A stretch of 58,370 nucleotides of DNA from an uncultured Lachnospiraceae bacterium (GCA_947624025.1 CANQIJ010000001.1:1-58370), one strand, 5' to 3'. Positions 1-9,161 are shown, numbered from the stretch's first letter. Notes: generated by a model not told the origin, from the letters alone. Made by a program: numbers and translations.

Positions 1-78
1 TCTGCAGTTTTCAAGGTGCCTCGGTGCCTTTTTCCTTTACCTCAGACTTTCATAAATCACTTGACACTACCTTCTTTG

Positions 79-795
79 TTATTTGAACGGTCTATTCCAG
101 TCTTCGAGATGTACGCCATACATGCCGCCATCCTCTACGTCGTCCTTGTCAGTCACTTCTGCCTCAGAACCGTCGGCATAGAGCGCATATATCGTGAACT
201 TCCCAAAAAGCTCACGCGCAGCGGAACTATTCATGGGAATCATGCCGTTCCACGTATATCCATACCGAAACATGTCTTCCACAACATACGAATTTTCAGC
301 CACATCGACACAACATTCAATTAAGGAAAACGCATTCCAAAAGGAAGTCTCAAATGTCTCCGGTTCTCCCATTGCCATACCGTTATTTACATTTTCTCTA
401 TAACAGTCTGCCATGCTGGACAGAAAATCCCCATAATCTTTATCGCTGCTGTCGAGATGAATTTTCAGCAGATTCATCAGATCCTCAACTGAGTCAAGGA
501 ATAGAGTCAAGTCGAGTTTGAGTCCCTGTATTACCCGAGAGGTCAGGTTCTGCATCTCTTTAAGTACGCTGTCAGGAGAATACTCCTTCACATCCTCCGG
601 ATGGTTTTCCGGAAAGCGGTAGTCTGAAAAATCCTCGATTGCACTCATGATTGCCGTGTCATCCGGCATATCATATTCGAAGATGTTCTTCTGTGCCTGA
701 AAAGCCGAATTTTCTACCTGGATATCGTTCAATTCCACACGGCCCTCACAGTAACTTCTAATAATTTCTTTATATGTTGGGTCATTATATACCAT
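79..795 (-). CDS. Hypothetical acidic protein (leading/establishment-region type)
   Basis: Long ORF in a tightly packed minus-strand operon. Start moved to MVYNDP (ATG 795) after a GGAG RBS. Confidence 0.7.
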   Translation of the reverse strand: MVYNDPTYKEIIRSYCEGRVELNDIQVENSAFQAQKNIFEYDMPDDTAIMSAIEDFSDYRFPENHPEDVKEYSPDSVLKEMQNLTSRVIQGLKLDLTLFLDSVEDLMNLLKIHLDSSDKDYGDFLSSMADCYRENVNNGMAMGEPETFETSFWNAFSLIECCVDVAENSYVVEDMFRYGYTWNGMIPMNSSAARELFGKFTIYALYADGSEAEVTDKDDVEDGGMYGVHLEDWNRPFK

Positions 796-1378
796 CGTTT
801 TTTCTCCTTTCCACATGCATCAAATCCTCAGCCACACTGACATCAAAGGTTTCCTCGAACCAGTGCCAGATGTCCTCTCTGTTGGTGCCGGGATTAAAGC
901 CATTCCAGGCGATCTCGATCTCCTCTGTATCCGGATCCATCGGAATGTCACCGAATTTGCCCCAGAGATAAATCGCGATCTCCTTTCTGGCAAATTTTTC
1001 GATTTCGCACAGAAAGTCCTGTTCCAGCCAGTCGGTTTCTTTGTGGATATTCTCAAACTTCTCAGCTACGTCCTCGATAAGTTCTGTGAGTTCCTGATAC
1101 GGGATATCCTGGATGAAACCACGATCCCAAAGCTCCCTGTACAGCCAGGTTACTTCGATGACTGTTCCTTCTATGTCCTCTGTCGGCTTATATCCTGCAG
1201 GAATATTGACGTAGAAGCCTTCGGGGATTCCGCGTATGACTTCCTTTTTCTGGATACTAAGAAGCTCTGCTTCTTTCTCCTTGTCATAGAAATACGTGAT
1301 AACCTGCCGTACATTCTCAGCCTTGGCGTACTTGCGTAACACGCGACCCTCTTTCTTAAAAACTATTTCGTAAAACAT
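785..1378 (-). CDS. Hypothetical protein
   Basis: 197-aa ORF with AGGGG RBS. The C-terminal 'F.PGT.REDIWHWFEETFDVSVAE' segment is a motif I recall from clostridial mobile elements. Confidence 0.7.
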   Translation of the reverse strand: MFYEIVFKKEGRVLRKYAKAENVRQVITYFYDKEKEAELLSIQKKEVIRGIPEGFYVNIPAGYKPTEDIEGTVIEVTWLYRELWDRGFIQDIPYQELTELIEDVAEKFENIHKETDWLEQDFLCEIEKFARKEIAIYLWGKFGDIPMDPDTEEIEIAWNGFNPGTNREDIWHWFEETFDVSVAEDLMHVERRKNDGI

Positions 1379-1390
1379 TTTTTCCCCTTT

Positions 1391-1768
1391 CTACCGCGCT
1401 TCTGAAAGCTGCGGTGTTAAATGATCTTCAGGGACAGTGACCTTTACCTTCTTTTCTTCTCCATTAAAGAAGTACAGCCGGATGGTATGATCACCCTCCC
1501 AATGTTCTCCTACCCGGTTTTCATTGACCGGGCACCACTTTTTCAGACTGGGATAGTTAGAACGAAGGAATTGGTCCATCCTGTCATCAAAGAACAGATT
1601 TTTTACTTCCTGGATGCCAATTCTAACTTCTGTCTGTCCGATCACAAGCTGATTACGTTCAATCCCGATCTCCTTCTGTTTTGCCTTGTGAATTTTGTAT
1701 AAGACAATAAATCCCATCAGCAGCACAACAGTTATAAAAAGGAATAGGCTTATTACCATGAGTCTCAT
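1391..1768 (-). CDS. Hypothetical protein with N-terminal TM helix
   Basis: Start MRLMVISL (1768) overlaps the upstream stop (ATGA); hydrophobic N-terminus. Confidence 0.6.
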   Translation of the reverse strand: MRLMVISLFLFITVVLLMGFIVLYKIHKAKQKEIGIERNQLVIGQTEVRIGIQEVKNLFFDDRMDQFLRSNYPSLKKWCPVNENRVGEHWEGDHTIRLYFFNGEEKKVKVTVPEDHLTPQLSEAR

Positions 1769-2034
1769 GATAAATCCCCCTTCCCGGCGCCGAAAGCGAT
1801 CGCTGCACCCATTGCACACAGCAAAAGGCCGGCAGACTGGTCTTCAAAAACCAATGCCGCGATCACGCCGAGTGCTGCGGTCAGCGCAGCCATACGATAC
1901 CACCGCAGGTATCTTTTTCTGCTGCGGCGCTTTATTTTTTGCTCGACACGGGATCTTCTCTCGAAGATCTCCGCTGCTTCCTGTAACGTATATGTGCCGG
2001 TATCACCGGCACAAAGTTCTCTACTGATCTTCAT
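1765..2034 (-). CDS. Small membrane protein (2 TM)
   Basis: Start MKISREL (2034) after AAGGAG; two C-terminal hydrophobic segments. Confidence 0.55.
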   Translation of the reverse strand: MKISRELCAGDTGTYTLQEAAEIFERRSRVEQKIKRRSRKRYLRWYRMAALTAALGVIAALVFEDQSAGLLLCAMGAAIAFGAGKGDLS

Positions 2035-2056
2035 ATTTTTTTCTCCTTTCTCCGGA

Positions 2057-2527
2057 TTACCGGAGCATATTGTTTTCCTTGAATGAGCAAAAGTCGTCGC
2101 CTGCATAGATTATAAAATCCAGCAGACCGACATCCATCAGTTCACAAGCGGATTTTAGTTTCTTGGAAACGCTGATATCTTCCTTGGACGGTTGTGCGCT
2201 GCCGGAAGGATGATTGTGCACCAGGATAATGTCCGATGAATTGCACAAAACCACTTTCTGAAAGATCGATCTCATATCACAGAAAGCGTGATCGATCGAC
2301 CCATGCGATATTTCAAATAATCCGATCAGGTGGCATTTCTTATCCATACACAGCAGGTACACATACTCTTCCGTCTGCTGATCCAACGCATAAAGTTCCC
2401 GGAACATCCGGCAGATTGCATTCGGACTCTGCAGAGTATCCATCAAGGGATAATTAACAGACCTCTCTTTTACAAGAGAGGCCGTTCTGTCGTTACTTAA
2501 GAGGGATTTGTACTGTGTAATTCTCAT
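2057..2527 (-). CDS. radC: RadC-like JAB/MPN domain protein
   Basis: Conserved N-terminal Glu plus the HNHPSG..PSKED JAMM motif; short JAB-only form typical of mobile elements. Confidence 0.9.
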   Translation of the reverse strand: MRITQYKSLLSNDRTASLVKERSVNYPLMDTLQSPNAICRMFRELYALDQQTEEYVYLLCMDKKCHLIGLFEISHGSIDHAFCDMRSIFQKVVLCNSSDIILVHNHPSGSAQPSKEDISVSKKLKSACELMDVGLLDFIIYAGDDFCSFKENNMLR

Positions 2528-2793
2528 ACCTCGCCCTCCTTGATCCTGTCTTCTACCATTTCCAGCAGTGAATCAATATTCCAGCCAGAGACGGCAACGA
2601 TAACACTGTTTACCAGATCGAAATCATGAGCAGTCTCGCACTTGTTGACAGCATCAACTATGCCTTTCACAATTTCATCCAGATCGTTATCCCATTCTGT
2701 GATTTTCTCATAGAAAACCTCAGCTACTTTGTATTCCTGAGTTTGATACAAATGATTCAGCCTTTCGGTTGAATCAATAACCTGCTTTGTCAT
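2524..2793 (-). CDS. Hypothetical protein
   Basis: Start MTKQVID (2793) after GAAGGAA; stop overlaps the radC start. Confidence 0.6.
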   Translation of the reverse strand: MTKQVIDSTERLNHLYQTQEYKVAEVFYEKITEWDNDLDEIVKGIVDAVNKCETAHDFDLVNSVIVAVSGWNIDSLLEMVEDRIKEGEV

Positions 2794-2815
2794 ATTTTTT
2801 TCCTTTCTACCTGTT

Positions 2816-3520
2816 TTAGGCGATCTGCCTGTAAACAGGATTTTTAGTATATCCGTCAAAAGCCCATAAAACGACTTCTTTCGGATTTCCACAAGCAACA
2901 GCGGCGATTTCCGCAGCGATATCCTTCTCCAGAAGCTCGTGGCAATAGACACGATATCCATTTACCTCCTCCGGATTCTTCGGGATATTATCACCGTCAT
3001 GGATGATCCATTCGCTTCCTTCATTGAAATACTCCACCTCGAAAGCATCCAGCGCATCCTTTGACCAGGATTCAGCAACATAGTAAATATCCTGCCAATC
3101 ACCCTGGCAGTATCCACGGATCATTTTATGTTTCCAGGTTTTCCCTGTTACCAGGGATAGCGTTTCGCACAGAACCCGTTCCTGTACGCCTGAATATTCA
3201 GCATACTCTGCAACCAGCAGCTTGATTTTGTGGATATCCTTTGTGCTGTAGCAGGGCTTTTCCGATCTCAGAAGATCGTTGATGGCCTCAGTGGGATTTT
3301 TATACCATTCAGTGTAATAACCGCCATTGTGAGTCCTCAGATCTTCAAGCGCCTCATAGAGTTCCCCGTTTTCCAACGCGTCAAAAACTCTGGAAAAAAC
3401 TTCCGGGCAATGGTCCTTATAATCCCCGTTACCCTTTGCCGCAATATCCTCTGACCATTCATCCAGGTCCATCAGCGGACTTTCCTGAATTTCCGGTGCA
3501 ATCTGTCTTGCATAAATCAT
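2816..3520 (-). CDS. Conserved hypothetical protein, first gene of the establishment-type operon
   Basis: 234-aa ORF with AAAGGAG RBS and an 'IRGYCQGDWQ' motif; follows a consensus promoter and structured leader. Confidence 0.75.
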   Translation of the reverse strand: MIYARQIAPEIQESPLMDLDEWSEDIAAKGNGDYKDHCPEVFSRVFDALENGELYEALEDLRTHNGGYYTEWYKNPTEAINDLLRSEKPCYSTKDIHKIKLLVAEYAEYSGVQERVLCETLSLVTGKTWKHKMIRGYCQGDWQDIYYVAESWSKDALDAFEVEYFNEGSEWIIHDGDNIPKNPEEVNGYRVYCHELLEKDIAAEIAAVACGNPKEVVLWAFDGYTKNPVYRQIA

Positions 3521-3580
3521 GTTAATCTCCTTTCCAAGGTCTTCACCTCTTAGAAAATATTTTTAGTTTCATCTATGTTC

Positions 3581-3712
3581 AACCGCCGAGGCGGATTTTT
3601 TTTTGACAAACAAAAAAGCAGCGGAACGAGTGTTCCTCTGCTAAATTTAAAAAAAATAATAAATTTGTAATATTATATGTGTATATTATACCATGATCAC
3701 AGGCGTTTGCAA
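3581..3712 (-). promoter_or_regulatory. sigmaA promoter plus structured leader, copy 1
   Basis: TTGCAA(3712-3707)-16-TATAAT(3690-3685) with extended TG, then an AGCAGAGG..GCTGCTTTTTT hairpin and an ATCCGC..GCGGTT hairpin. Paralogous to 8937-9070. Confidence 0.7.
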
Positions 3713-3729
3713 GCGGAAATCTTATCCTG

Positions 3730-3758
3730 TTGACATCCGGAAACATATGTTCGATAAT
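3730..3758 (+). promoter_or_regulatory. sigmaA promoter with Gram-positive LexA (Cheo) box
   Basis: TTGACA(3730)-17-GATAAT(3753). GAAACATATGTTCG at 3740-3753 is CGAACATATGTTTC on the reverse strand, matching CGAACRNRYGTTYC. Confidence 0.85.
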
Positions 3759-3778
3759 GTTCTCAGAAGGAGCAACCC

Positions 3779-5284
3779 ATGAATCCTATTTATATTGCTA
3801 TTGATTTAAAATCCTTTTATGCATCCGTGGAATGCGTGGAGCGCGGTCTTGATCCGCTTATTACAAATCTTGTAGTAGCTGATGAAAGCCGGACAGACAA
3901 AACCATCTGCCTGGCCGTCTCACCTGCCCTGAAGACTTTCGGGATCCCAGGCCGTCCAAGGCTCTTTGAGGTAAAAAGCGCTGTAAAGAAAATCAACGCC
4001 GGGAGAAGGAATGCAGCGAAGGGGCATAAACTGCACGGCTCTTCCTATTTTCTGCCGGAGCTTACTGCAGATTCATCCCTTTTCCTGGACTTTATCATCG
4101 CAGTACCGCAGATGGCCACCTACATGCGCTACAGCACGGACATCTATAAGATATACCTGAAATACATTGCCCCGGAGGATATCCATGTCTATTCCTGCGA
4201 CGAGGTATTTATGGATGTATCACAGTACCTTGCCACCTACCATATGACTGCTAGGGAACTGGCAGAGAAAATGATCCACGATGTTTATCGCACTTTCGGA
4301 ATCACAGCTACGGCCGGCATCGGCACGAATCTCTTCCTGTGCAAAATCGCAATGGACATCGTGGCAAAGCATATGCCGCCGGATGAGAATGGTGTCCGAA
4401 TTGCCGAACTGGATGAGATGACATACCGGAAAACCTTATGGGATCATACGCCGATCACAGATTTTTGGAGAGTCGGCAACGGAACAGCCAGAAAGCTCTT
4501 CCTAAATGGAATGGAAACCATGGGAGATGTGGCCAGGTGCTCCGAAGAAAACGAGGATCTGCTTTACCGGCTTTTTGGCATAAATGCGGAACTTCTCATT
4601 GATCATGCCTGGGGATGGGAACCCTGTACCATCGCGGATATCAAAGCCTATAAACCGGAATCAAACAGCGCAAGCTCCGGGCAGGTCCTGCAGCGGCCTT
4701 ATACCAGCAGCGAAGCACGGCTTGTTGTCCGGGAAATGACGGAAGCCCTGGCCTATGATCTGATGGAAAAGAACGTCTGCACAAAGCGCATGGAGCTGAC
4801 GATCGGATACGATGCGGAGAATGCCAAAAATGAAAAGATCCGGGCTGAATACAAGGGAAAATTCTATTTAGACGGTTACGGCAGGCGGATCCCGGACCAT
4901 TCCCACGGCACGACCCACCTGGAGGACTATACCTCTAATGCTGCCCCGATTTGTATGGCTGTGCTTTCCCTATATGACCGGATCGTAAACCCGATCCTCT
5001 TAATCCGGCGGATCAATGTCTGTGCCTGCGACATTCTAAATCAGGCGGATGTACCTGTCAAGGAAGAAATCTATGAGCAGCTGGATCTGTTCACGGATTA
5101 TACGGCAAAGGAAAAGGAACGGGCTGAGGAAAAGATCAAACAGGAAAAAGAACAGGCGCTTCAATCAGCTGCTCTTACTATAAAGAAGAGATTCGGGAAA
5201 AATGCTCTGCTGAAAGGGTCGGATCTTCTGGAAGGCGCCACCACTATCGAGCGTAACAACCAGATCGGAGGACACAGAGCATGA
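3779..5284 (+). CDS. Y-family DNA polymerase (UmuC/ImpB/MucB-like)
   Basis: IDLKSFYASVEC and YSCDEVFMD catalytic motifs, TATAGIG, C-terminal 'QLDLF' clamp-binding motif and 'IGGHRA' ending. Confidence 0.95.
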   Translation: MNPIYIAIDLKSFYASVECVERGLDPLITNLVVADESRTDKTICLAVSPALKTFGIPGRPRLFEVKSAVKKINAGRRNAAKGHKLHGSSYFLPELTADSSLFLDFIIAVPQMATYMRYSTDIYKIYLKYIAPEDIHVYSCDEVFMDVSQYLATYHMTARELAEKMIHDVYRTFGITATAGIGTNLFLCKIAMDIVAKHMPPDENGVRIAELDEMTYRKTLWDHTPITDFWRVGNGTARKLFLNGMETMGDVARCSEENEDLLYRLFGINAELLIDHAWGWEPCTIADIKAYKPESNSASSGQVLQRPYTSSEARLVVREMTEALAYDLMEKNVCTKRMELTIGYDAENAKNEKIRAEYKGKFYLDGYGRRIPDHSHGTTHLEDYTSNAAPICMAVLSLYDRIVNPILLIRRINVCACDILNQADVPVKEEIYEQLDLFTDYTAKEKERAEEKIKQEKEQALQSAALTIKKRFGKNALLKGSDLLEGATTIERNNQIGGHRA

Positions 5285-5694
5285 GCAATTATGACGATAT
5301 CATTAACCATGAGCATCATGTATCCCGGACCAGACCGCAGATGGCCATGATCAACCGGGCCGCGCAGTTTGCTCCCTTTGCTGCATTGGTCGGCTATGAT
5401 GATGAGGTCACAGAGACAGCAAGGCTTACCGAGGAGAAAATAGAGTTATCAGAAGAGAAAACCGCCCAGATCAATGCTGTTCTGCAGGGGGTTCAGTCCC
5501 GAATCGCTGAAAAACCTCAGATCATCATTACCTATTTCAGAAAAGACGAGAAAAAAACCGGCGGCTGCTATCTTCCGCTCTCCGGCGCGGTAAAAAAGCT
5601 GGATTTATACACGAAAAGGCTGCACATGGAAAGCGGCGAGGAGATCGCCTTTGAGGATATCGCGGAGATCGCCTTGGAAAGTCATGAGACGTAG
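5281..5694 (+). CDS. YolD-like protein (partner of the Y-family polymerase)
   Basis: 'YDDII..H..SRTRPQM....RAAQFAPFAAL.GY' motif; translationally coupled to the polymerase. Confidence 0.85.
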   Translation: MSNYDDIINHEHHVSRTRPQMAMINRAAQFAPFAALVGYDDEVTETARLTEEKIELSEEKTAQINAVLQGVQSRIAEKPQIIITYFRKDEKKTGGCYLPLSGAVKKLDLYTKRLHMESGEEIAFEDIAEIALESHET

Positions 5695-5696
5695 AA

Positions 5697-5731
5697 ATGC
5701 CGCACAGTCTATATAAAAGGCCATGCGGCAT
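5697..5731. terminator. Hairpin between convergent genes
   Basis: ATGCCGCA...TGCGGCAT inverted repeat. Confidence 0.5.
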
Positions 5732-5739
5732 AGAGAATA

Positions 5740-6276
5740 TTAACCCTGGGTTATCCTTTTTATCATTTTGGCGCGGCGGTCCTCGGGTAATTCTTTTATG
5801 AGATCATTTGCATATTCGATCTCCGTTTTAGGAATCATTTCGCCGGTTTTAGAATTATAGCGGAAAATGGAATGTCTTCGGTTATCCTGGGAGAAAACAT
5901 GAGCACCATAGTGTTTTTTTGCGTTTTTCCAGTCCCTCATCTTTTTATTCTTCAAATCATTTAAAAAGGTATTGTTTGGATTCTGAACCGTGTAGCAAAA
6001 ATTGTTGATGAAGACGCTGTATGTCTGGCTGACAGGCTCTTTTATTACAATGGTATGTAATATATTCCCTGTTTTCTCAAACACTTCGGGTTCAAGGATA
6101 CCCAGTTCTCCTTTTACCAGCTCGTCTCTGCTCCAAGTCTGAGGAAATACCTCGATTTCCAGTTTCAACTTGTTTCCGAAGACTTTCTCCTTCAGCTTTT
6201 CAGAATGTTCGATCATTGAGTTGAAGACGTTCATTACCTCCTGTAAATTTGGCATAAAAATTTCGTTGTACTGCAT
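5740..6276 (-). CDS. Hypothetical protein
   Basis: 178-aa ORF directly downstream of the 6280-6696 gene. Confidence 0.65.
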   Translation of the reverse strand: MQYNEIFMPNLQEVMNVFNSMIEHSEKLKEKVFGNKLKLEIEVFPQTWSRDELVKGELGILEPEVFEKTGNILHTIVIKEPVSQTYSVFINNFCYTVQNPNNTFLNDLKNKKMRDWKNAKKHYGAHVFSQDNRRHSIFRYNSKTGEMIPKTEIEYANDLIKELPEDRRAKMIKRITQG

Positions 6277-6279
6277 TCC

Positions 6280-6696
6280 TTATTCCTCCTCCTCGTAATT
6301 TTTTTTAAGATCGTCTATAGAAAAGACAATCCCTTCGCAATAGATCCGCTGCATTAAATAAATCAGAAAGGTCTCGTGGGGAATGGTAGTCTCAAATCTC
6401 CACTCGATTCCTCCCTCCTGCCGCCAACTTTCTTCATCTCTCATTATTCCGATCTTGTTTGGCTTGTCTTCGTCCTCATGCCATTCTGAAAGCCCATCCC
6501 GGTCAAAGAAAACTGCTGGCTGAATGCTATCCGTATCGACCAAAGCTCCGTCAAACTCGAAATAATCGTCTTCACTTATGTACGCGATGACGTAGCCATT
6601 ATCTCTAGCAATCTGCAGTTCATCCTCTGTAAATTGTAACAGGGAAATATCCGATTGTCTACCGTCGAGCATTTGGGCGTATTCCTTCAGATTCAT
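6280..6696 (-). CDS. Conserved phage-type hypothetical protein
   Basis: Start MNLKEYA (6696) after AAAGGAG. The 'DD..EF.GA' and 'W..ET.IPHETF.I.....YCEGIVFSI.DL' pattern is one I recall from phage proteins. Confidence 0.7.
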   Translation of the reverse strand: MNLKEYAQMLDGRQSDISLLQFTEDELQIARDNGYVIAYISEDDYFEFDGALVDTDSIQPAVFFDRDGLSEWHEDEDKPNKIGIMRDEESWRQEGGIEWRFETTIPHETFLIYLMQRIYCEGIVFSIDDLKKNYEEEE

Positions 6697-6862
6697 ATTT
6701 TCTTCTCCTTTCTCGTGGATTTGTTCTATGCACTGACTGTAACATAGAAAAATGTTCACGAGGGAAGAATTTTTTATTAAAAAAAAAGAAAATCGCACGA
6801 TAGTCTTGTTTAAATCGCGCGATTTGTATATAATATATATAAAAAGCAAAGGAGATTTTGCT

Positions 6863-7078
6863 ATGTCAATCACCGCAACAGAATTTAAAACTAATTTTGG
6901 CAAGTACCTCATGATGGCCGAGAGCGAAGACATATATATCACGAAAAACGGAAAAGTCATAGCCAAACTTACAAATCCCTACCAGAATCGTGTAGATATG
7001 GCACAGTCGTTGTTTGGAATTATTCCGGCAGATATTACCGCAGAGGAAGCAAGAGAAGAAAGGATTGAAAAAATATGA
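6863..7078 (+). CDS. Phd/YefM-family antitoxin
   Basis: MSITATEFKTNFGKYL...IYITKNGKVIAKL is the typical Phd N-terminus; AAAGGAG RBS. Confidence 0.9.
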   Translation: MSITATEFKTNFGKYLMMAESEDIYITKNGKVIAKLTNPYQNRVDMAQSLFGIIPADITAEEAREERIEKI

Positions 7079-7494
7079 GGGCAATCATTGACACCTGCAT
7101 TATAATAGATGCCCTGCAGAAAAGAGAACCATTTACGGCAGATGCAGAAAAAATCTTTCTTGCTGCGGCCAACATGCATTTTACCGGCTGCCTGACGGCA
7201 AAATCCGTGACGGATATTTACTATATCATGCATAGATCTCTGCACAGCAACGAGCAGGTACGGAAATCCTTGGAATCGCTGTTTCAGCTGTTCGAGATCG
7301 TGGATTCCGCTGCCATCGACTGCAAACGGGCACTATCCTCTCCCGTGTCTGATTTTGAAGACGCAGTAATGATTGAAACCGCTGCAAGGATTGAGGCTTG
7401 CATCATAACAAGAAATATGCACGACTATATGGACGCAGCAGTTCCCGTATATCTGCCTTCGGAATTTCTGAAAAATCTTGCGGAAGATTCTTGA
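7075..7494 (+). CDS. PIN-domain (VapC-like) toxin
   Basis: IIDTCIIID, DFEDA and ITRN..D PIN motifs; overlaps the antitoxin stop. Confidence 0.9.
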   Translation: MRAIIDTCIIIDALQKREPFTADAEKIFLAAANMHFTGCLTAKSVTDIYYIMHRSLHSNEQVRKSLESLFQLFEIVDSAAIDCKRALSSPVSDFEDAVMIETAARIEACIITRNMHDYMDAAVPVYLPSEFLKNLAEDS

Positions 7495-7512
7495 AAACAG
7501 CGCCCAGATGTA

Positions 7513-7602
7513 TTGACATAAAACAGAAAAATGGTATAATAAATACAGTTAAAGACAGAGAGAAATTCCATTTGACCAGCAAAGGGGATTCTCTCTTTTT
7601 TT
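7513..7602 (+). promoter_or_regulatory. Consensus promoter followed by a terminator-like leader hairpin
   Basis: TTGACA(7513)-16-TATAAT(7535) with extended TG, then AGAGAGAAATTCC...GGGGATTCTCTCT followed by a T run, before ORF 7640. Confidence 0.6.
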
Positions 7603-7639
7603 GTTGGATGAAAGGAACGTTGAAAGGAGAAGATAGATC

Positions 7640-7975
7640 ATGAGAGACCAGAAAAACTTATTAAAGGTATGGTTAGACAGAAAACTCACAGAGGAAATCA
7701 AGGAAGCGCTGCAGAGAAAAGATATTCCTAAGTATCACTGCATCAGGGAACTGCTTGCAGCCTGCGTGGAAATTTACGAAAAGGCTGAAGCCAACTTCAT
7801 CAAGGAAGGCAAAGACCTCTCCGCGTATGGCGGCGGGGGCGCAGGGATCCCGATTACACCCCTGCAGAAGGAATTTTTACTTTCCCCGGAAGCAGAGGAC
7901 ATCTTCTGCACAAAAGAAATGCAGGATTTCCTTGGATATCTGCGTAAATACAGTATTCCCAAGCTTCATATTTAA
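7640..7975 (+). CDS. Hypothetical protein
   Basis: 111-aa ORF with AAAGGAG RBS, its own promoter and a terminator. Confidence 0.65.
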   Translation: MRDQKNLLKVWLDRKLTEEIKEALQRKDIPKYHCIRELLAACVEIYEKAEANFIKEGKDLSAYGGGGAGIPITPLQKEFLLSPEAEDIFCTKEMQDFLGYLRKYSIPKLHI

Positions 7976-7984
7976 CAAAGGTCA

Positions 7985-8025
7985 AAAAGAGGACTGCCCC
8001 ATAAATGGGTAACAGTCCTTTTTCT
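7985..8025. terminator. Bidirectional terminator
   Basis: AGGACTG...CAGTCCT stem with A and T runs on both sides, between convergent genes. Confidence 0.7.
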
Positions 8026-8505
8026 TTAGTCTTCATCAACGATAGGATACATCGTAACTACAGAGAAGGGCATTCCTGTATTGGTGTCACGCTCTCCACC
8101 ACCGTAGATATTTTTGGTCAGTACAATGCGATAGGAACTGACTTTTTTTATTCCACCGTTGGGTAAAACCATCCTGCCGATGGGTCCATCAAAGGAAAAG
8201 TTTTCAAATTCCTTTTCCTGGATGGAATTATCCCTCAAATAAGGGATAAGGTTTTTCTCTATGAAATATTCGTCGCTGAATAAGTCATAGAGCAGGACAT
8301 CAACGGTATTGCCATCCGTAAACGATGAAACAACCGCCTTTCTGTCCTGTTTCTTTCTCCTTAAAAGTTCTTCGTCGGATAACCCGACATGGTATGTGGA
8401 GATGTGCATACCATTAGACATATCTGCGTTTGCCAGATTCATACGATCCAGTTTGCGCAGAATCTCATTTGCTAAATGATCCATGATAATCTCCTTATGG
8501 TACAC
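8026..8505 (-). CDS. RNase A-like domain protein (CdiA-CT RNase A type)
   Basis: H...YHVGLSDEEL..R, SSF and C-terminal VVTMYP motifs characteristic of this toxin fold. Confidence 0.65.
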   Translation of the reverse strand: MYHKEIIMDHLANEILRKLDRMNLANADMSNGMHISTYHVGLSDEELLRRKKQDRKAVVSSFTDGNTVDVLLYDLFSDEYFIEKNLIPYLRDNSIQEKEFENFSFDGPIGRMVLPNGGIKKVSSYRIVLTKNIYGGGERDTNTGMPFSVVTMYPIVDED

Positions 8506-8590
8506 TCGCCCTCCGGTAGGCTGTGTCTAACACCGCCTACAGTGGCGTATGATCCCATTTTCCGGAGGATCATGTTATTGAAAGAAAAAG

Positions 8591-8827
8591 TTATGAAACT
8601 GCTTTCCATATTCCACCAATGCACTGCAGCTTTACGCCGGCATCTGCCGCCTCTGCTACTGCCTGTGCAATGGTTTTCTCCCATCTGCTCACTACGCTGG
8701 ATATATACTCCTGTGCAGTTTTACAGTTGGTTTTAAACCGACGGCTCATACGATCCTTAGCCGTTTCTGTTTCGATCTGTGCCTCGATTGCAAGACGGTT
8801 TAATTTCTTAATGTAATAGTTAGCCAT
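8591..8827 (-). CDS. Small hypothetical protein
   Basis: Start MANYYIKK (8827) after AAAGGAG; first gene after leader copy 2. Confidence 0.6.
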   Translation of the reverse strand: MANYYIKKLNRLAIEAQIETETAKDRMSRRFKTNCKTAQEYISSVVSRWEKTIAQAVAEAADAGVKLQCIGGIWKAVS

Positions 8828-8936
8828 AATAGACTCCTTTCTACTGATTGAATCAGTTTGCTGCATTTTAAGAAAGGCACGAAAAAAACAGCCTATAAAT
8901 AGCCTGTTTCACGTTTCCTTTCGGTTGCTCTATTTT

Positions 8937-9070
8937 AACCGCTATAAGCGGATTGTTAAGGTTAATATATAAAAAAGCAGCGAATCCGAGGACCCTCTGC
9001 TAAAATTTTAAAATGATAAAATTAAAAATATTTTATATTTTGATTATAACCCTCCCCCATAATTTTGCAA
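8937..9070 (-). promoter_or_regulatory. sigmaA promoter plus structured leader, copy 2
   Basis: TTGCAA(9070-9065)-16-TATAAT(9048-9043), with the same AGCAGAGG..CGCTGCTTTTTT and ATCCGC..GCGGTT hairpins as 3581-3712. Confidence 0.7.
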
Positions 9071-9117
9071 GTGTTTTCTGCAAAAACAACCATTTTAACC
9101 CTGTTTTCAGCCTTGTG

Positions 9118-9161
9118 AAAAAAGTAGCGCCATCGCTCTGGTAAAGTAAGGCGCTACTTTT
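9118..9161 (-). terminator. Intrinsic terminator closing the Cas12f-like locus
   Basis: 12-bp stem AAAAGTAGCGCC/GGCGCTACTTTT ending in a U tract on the minus strand. Confidence 0.75.
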
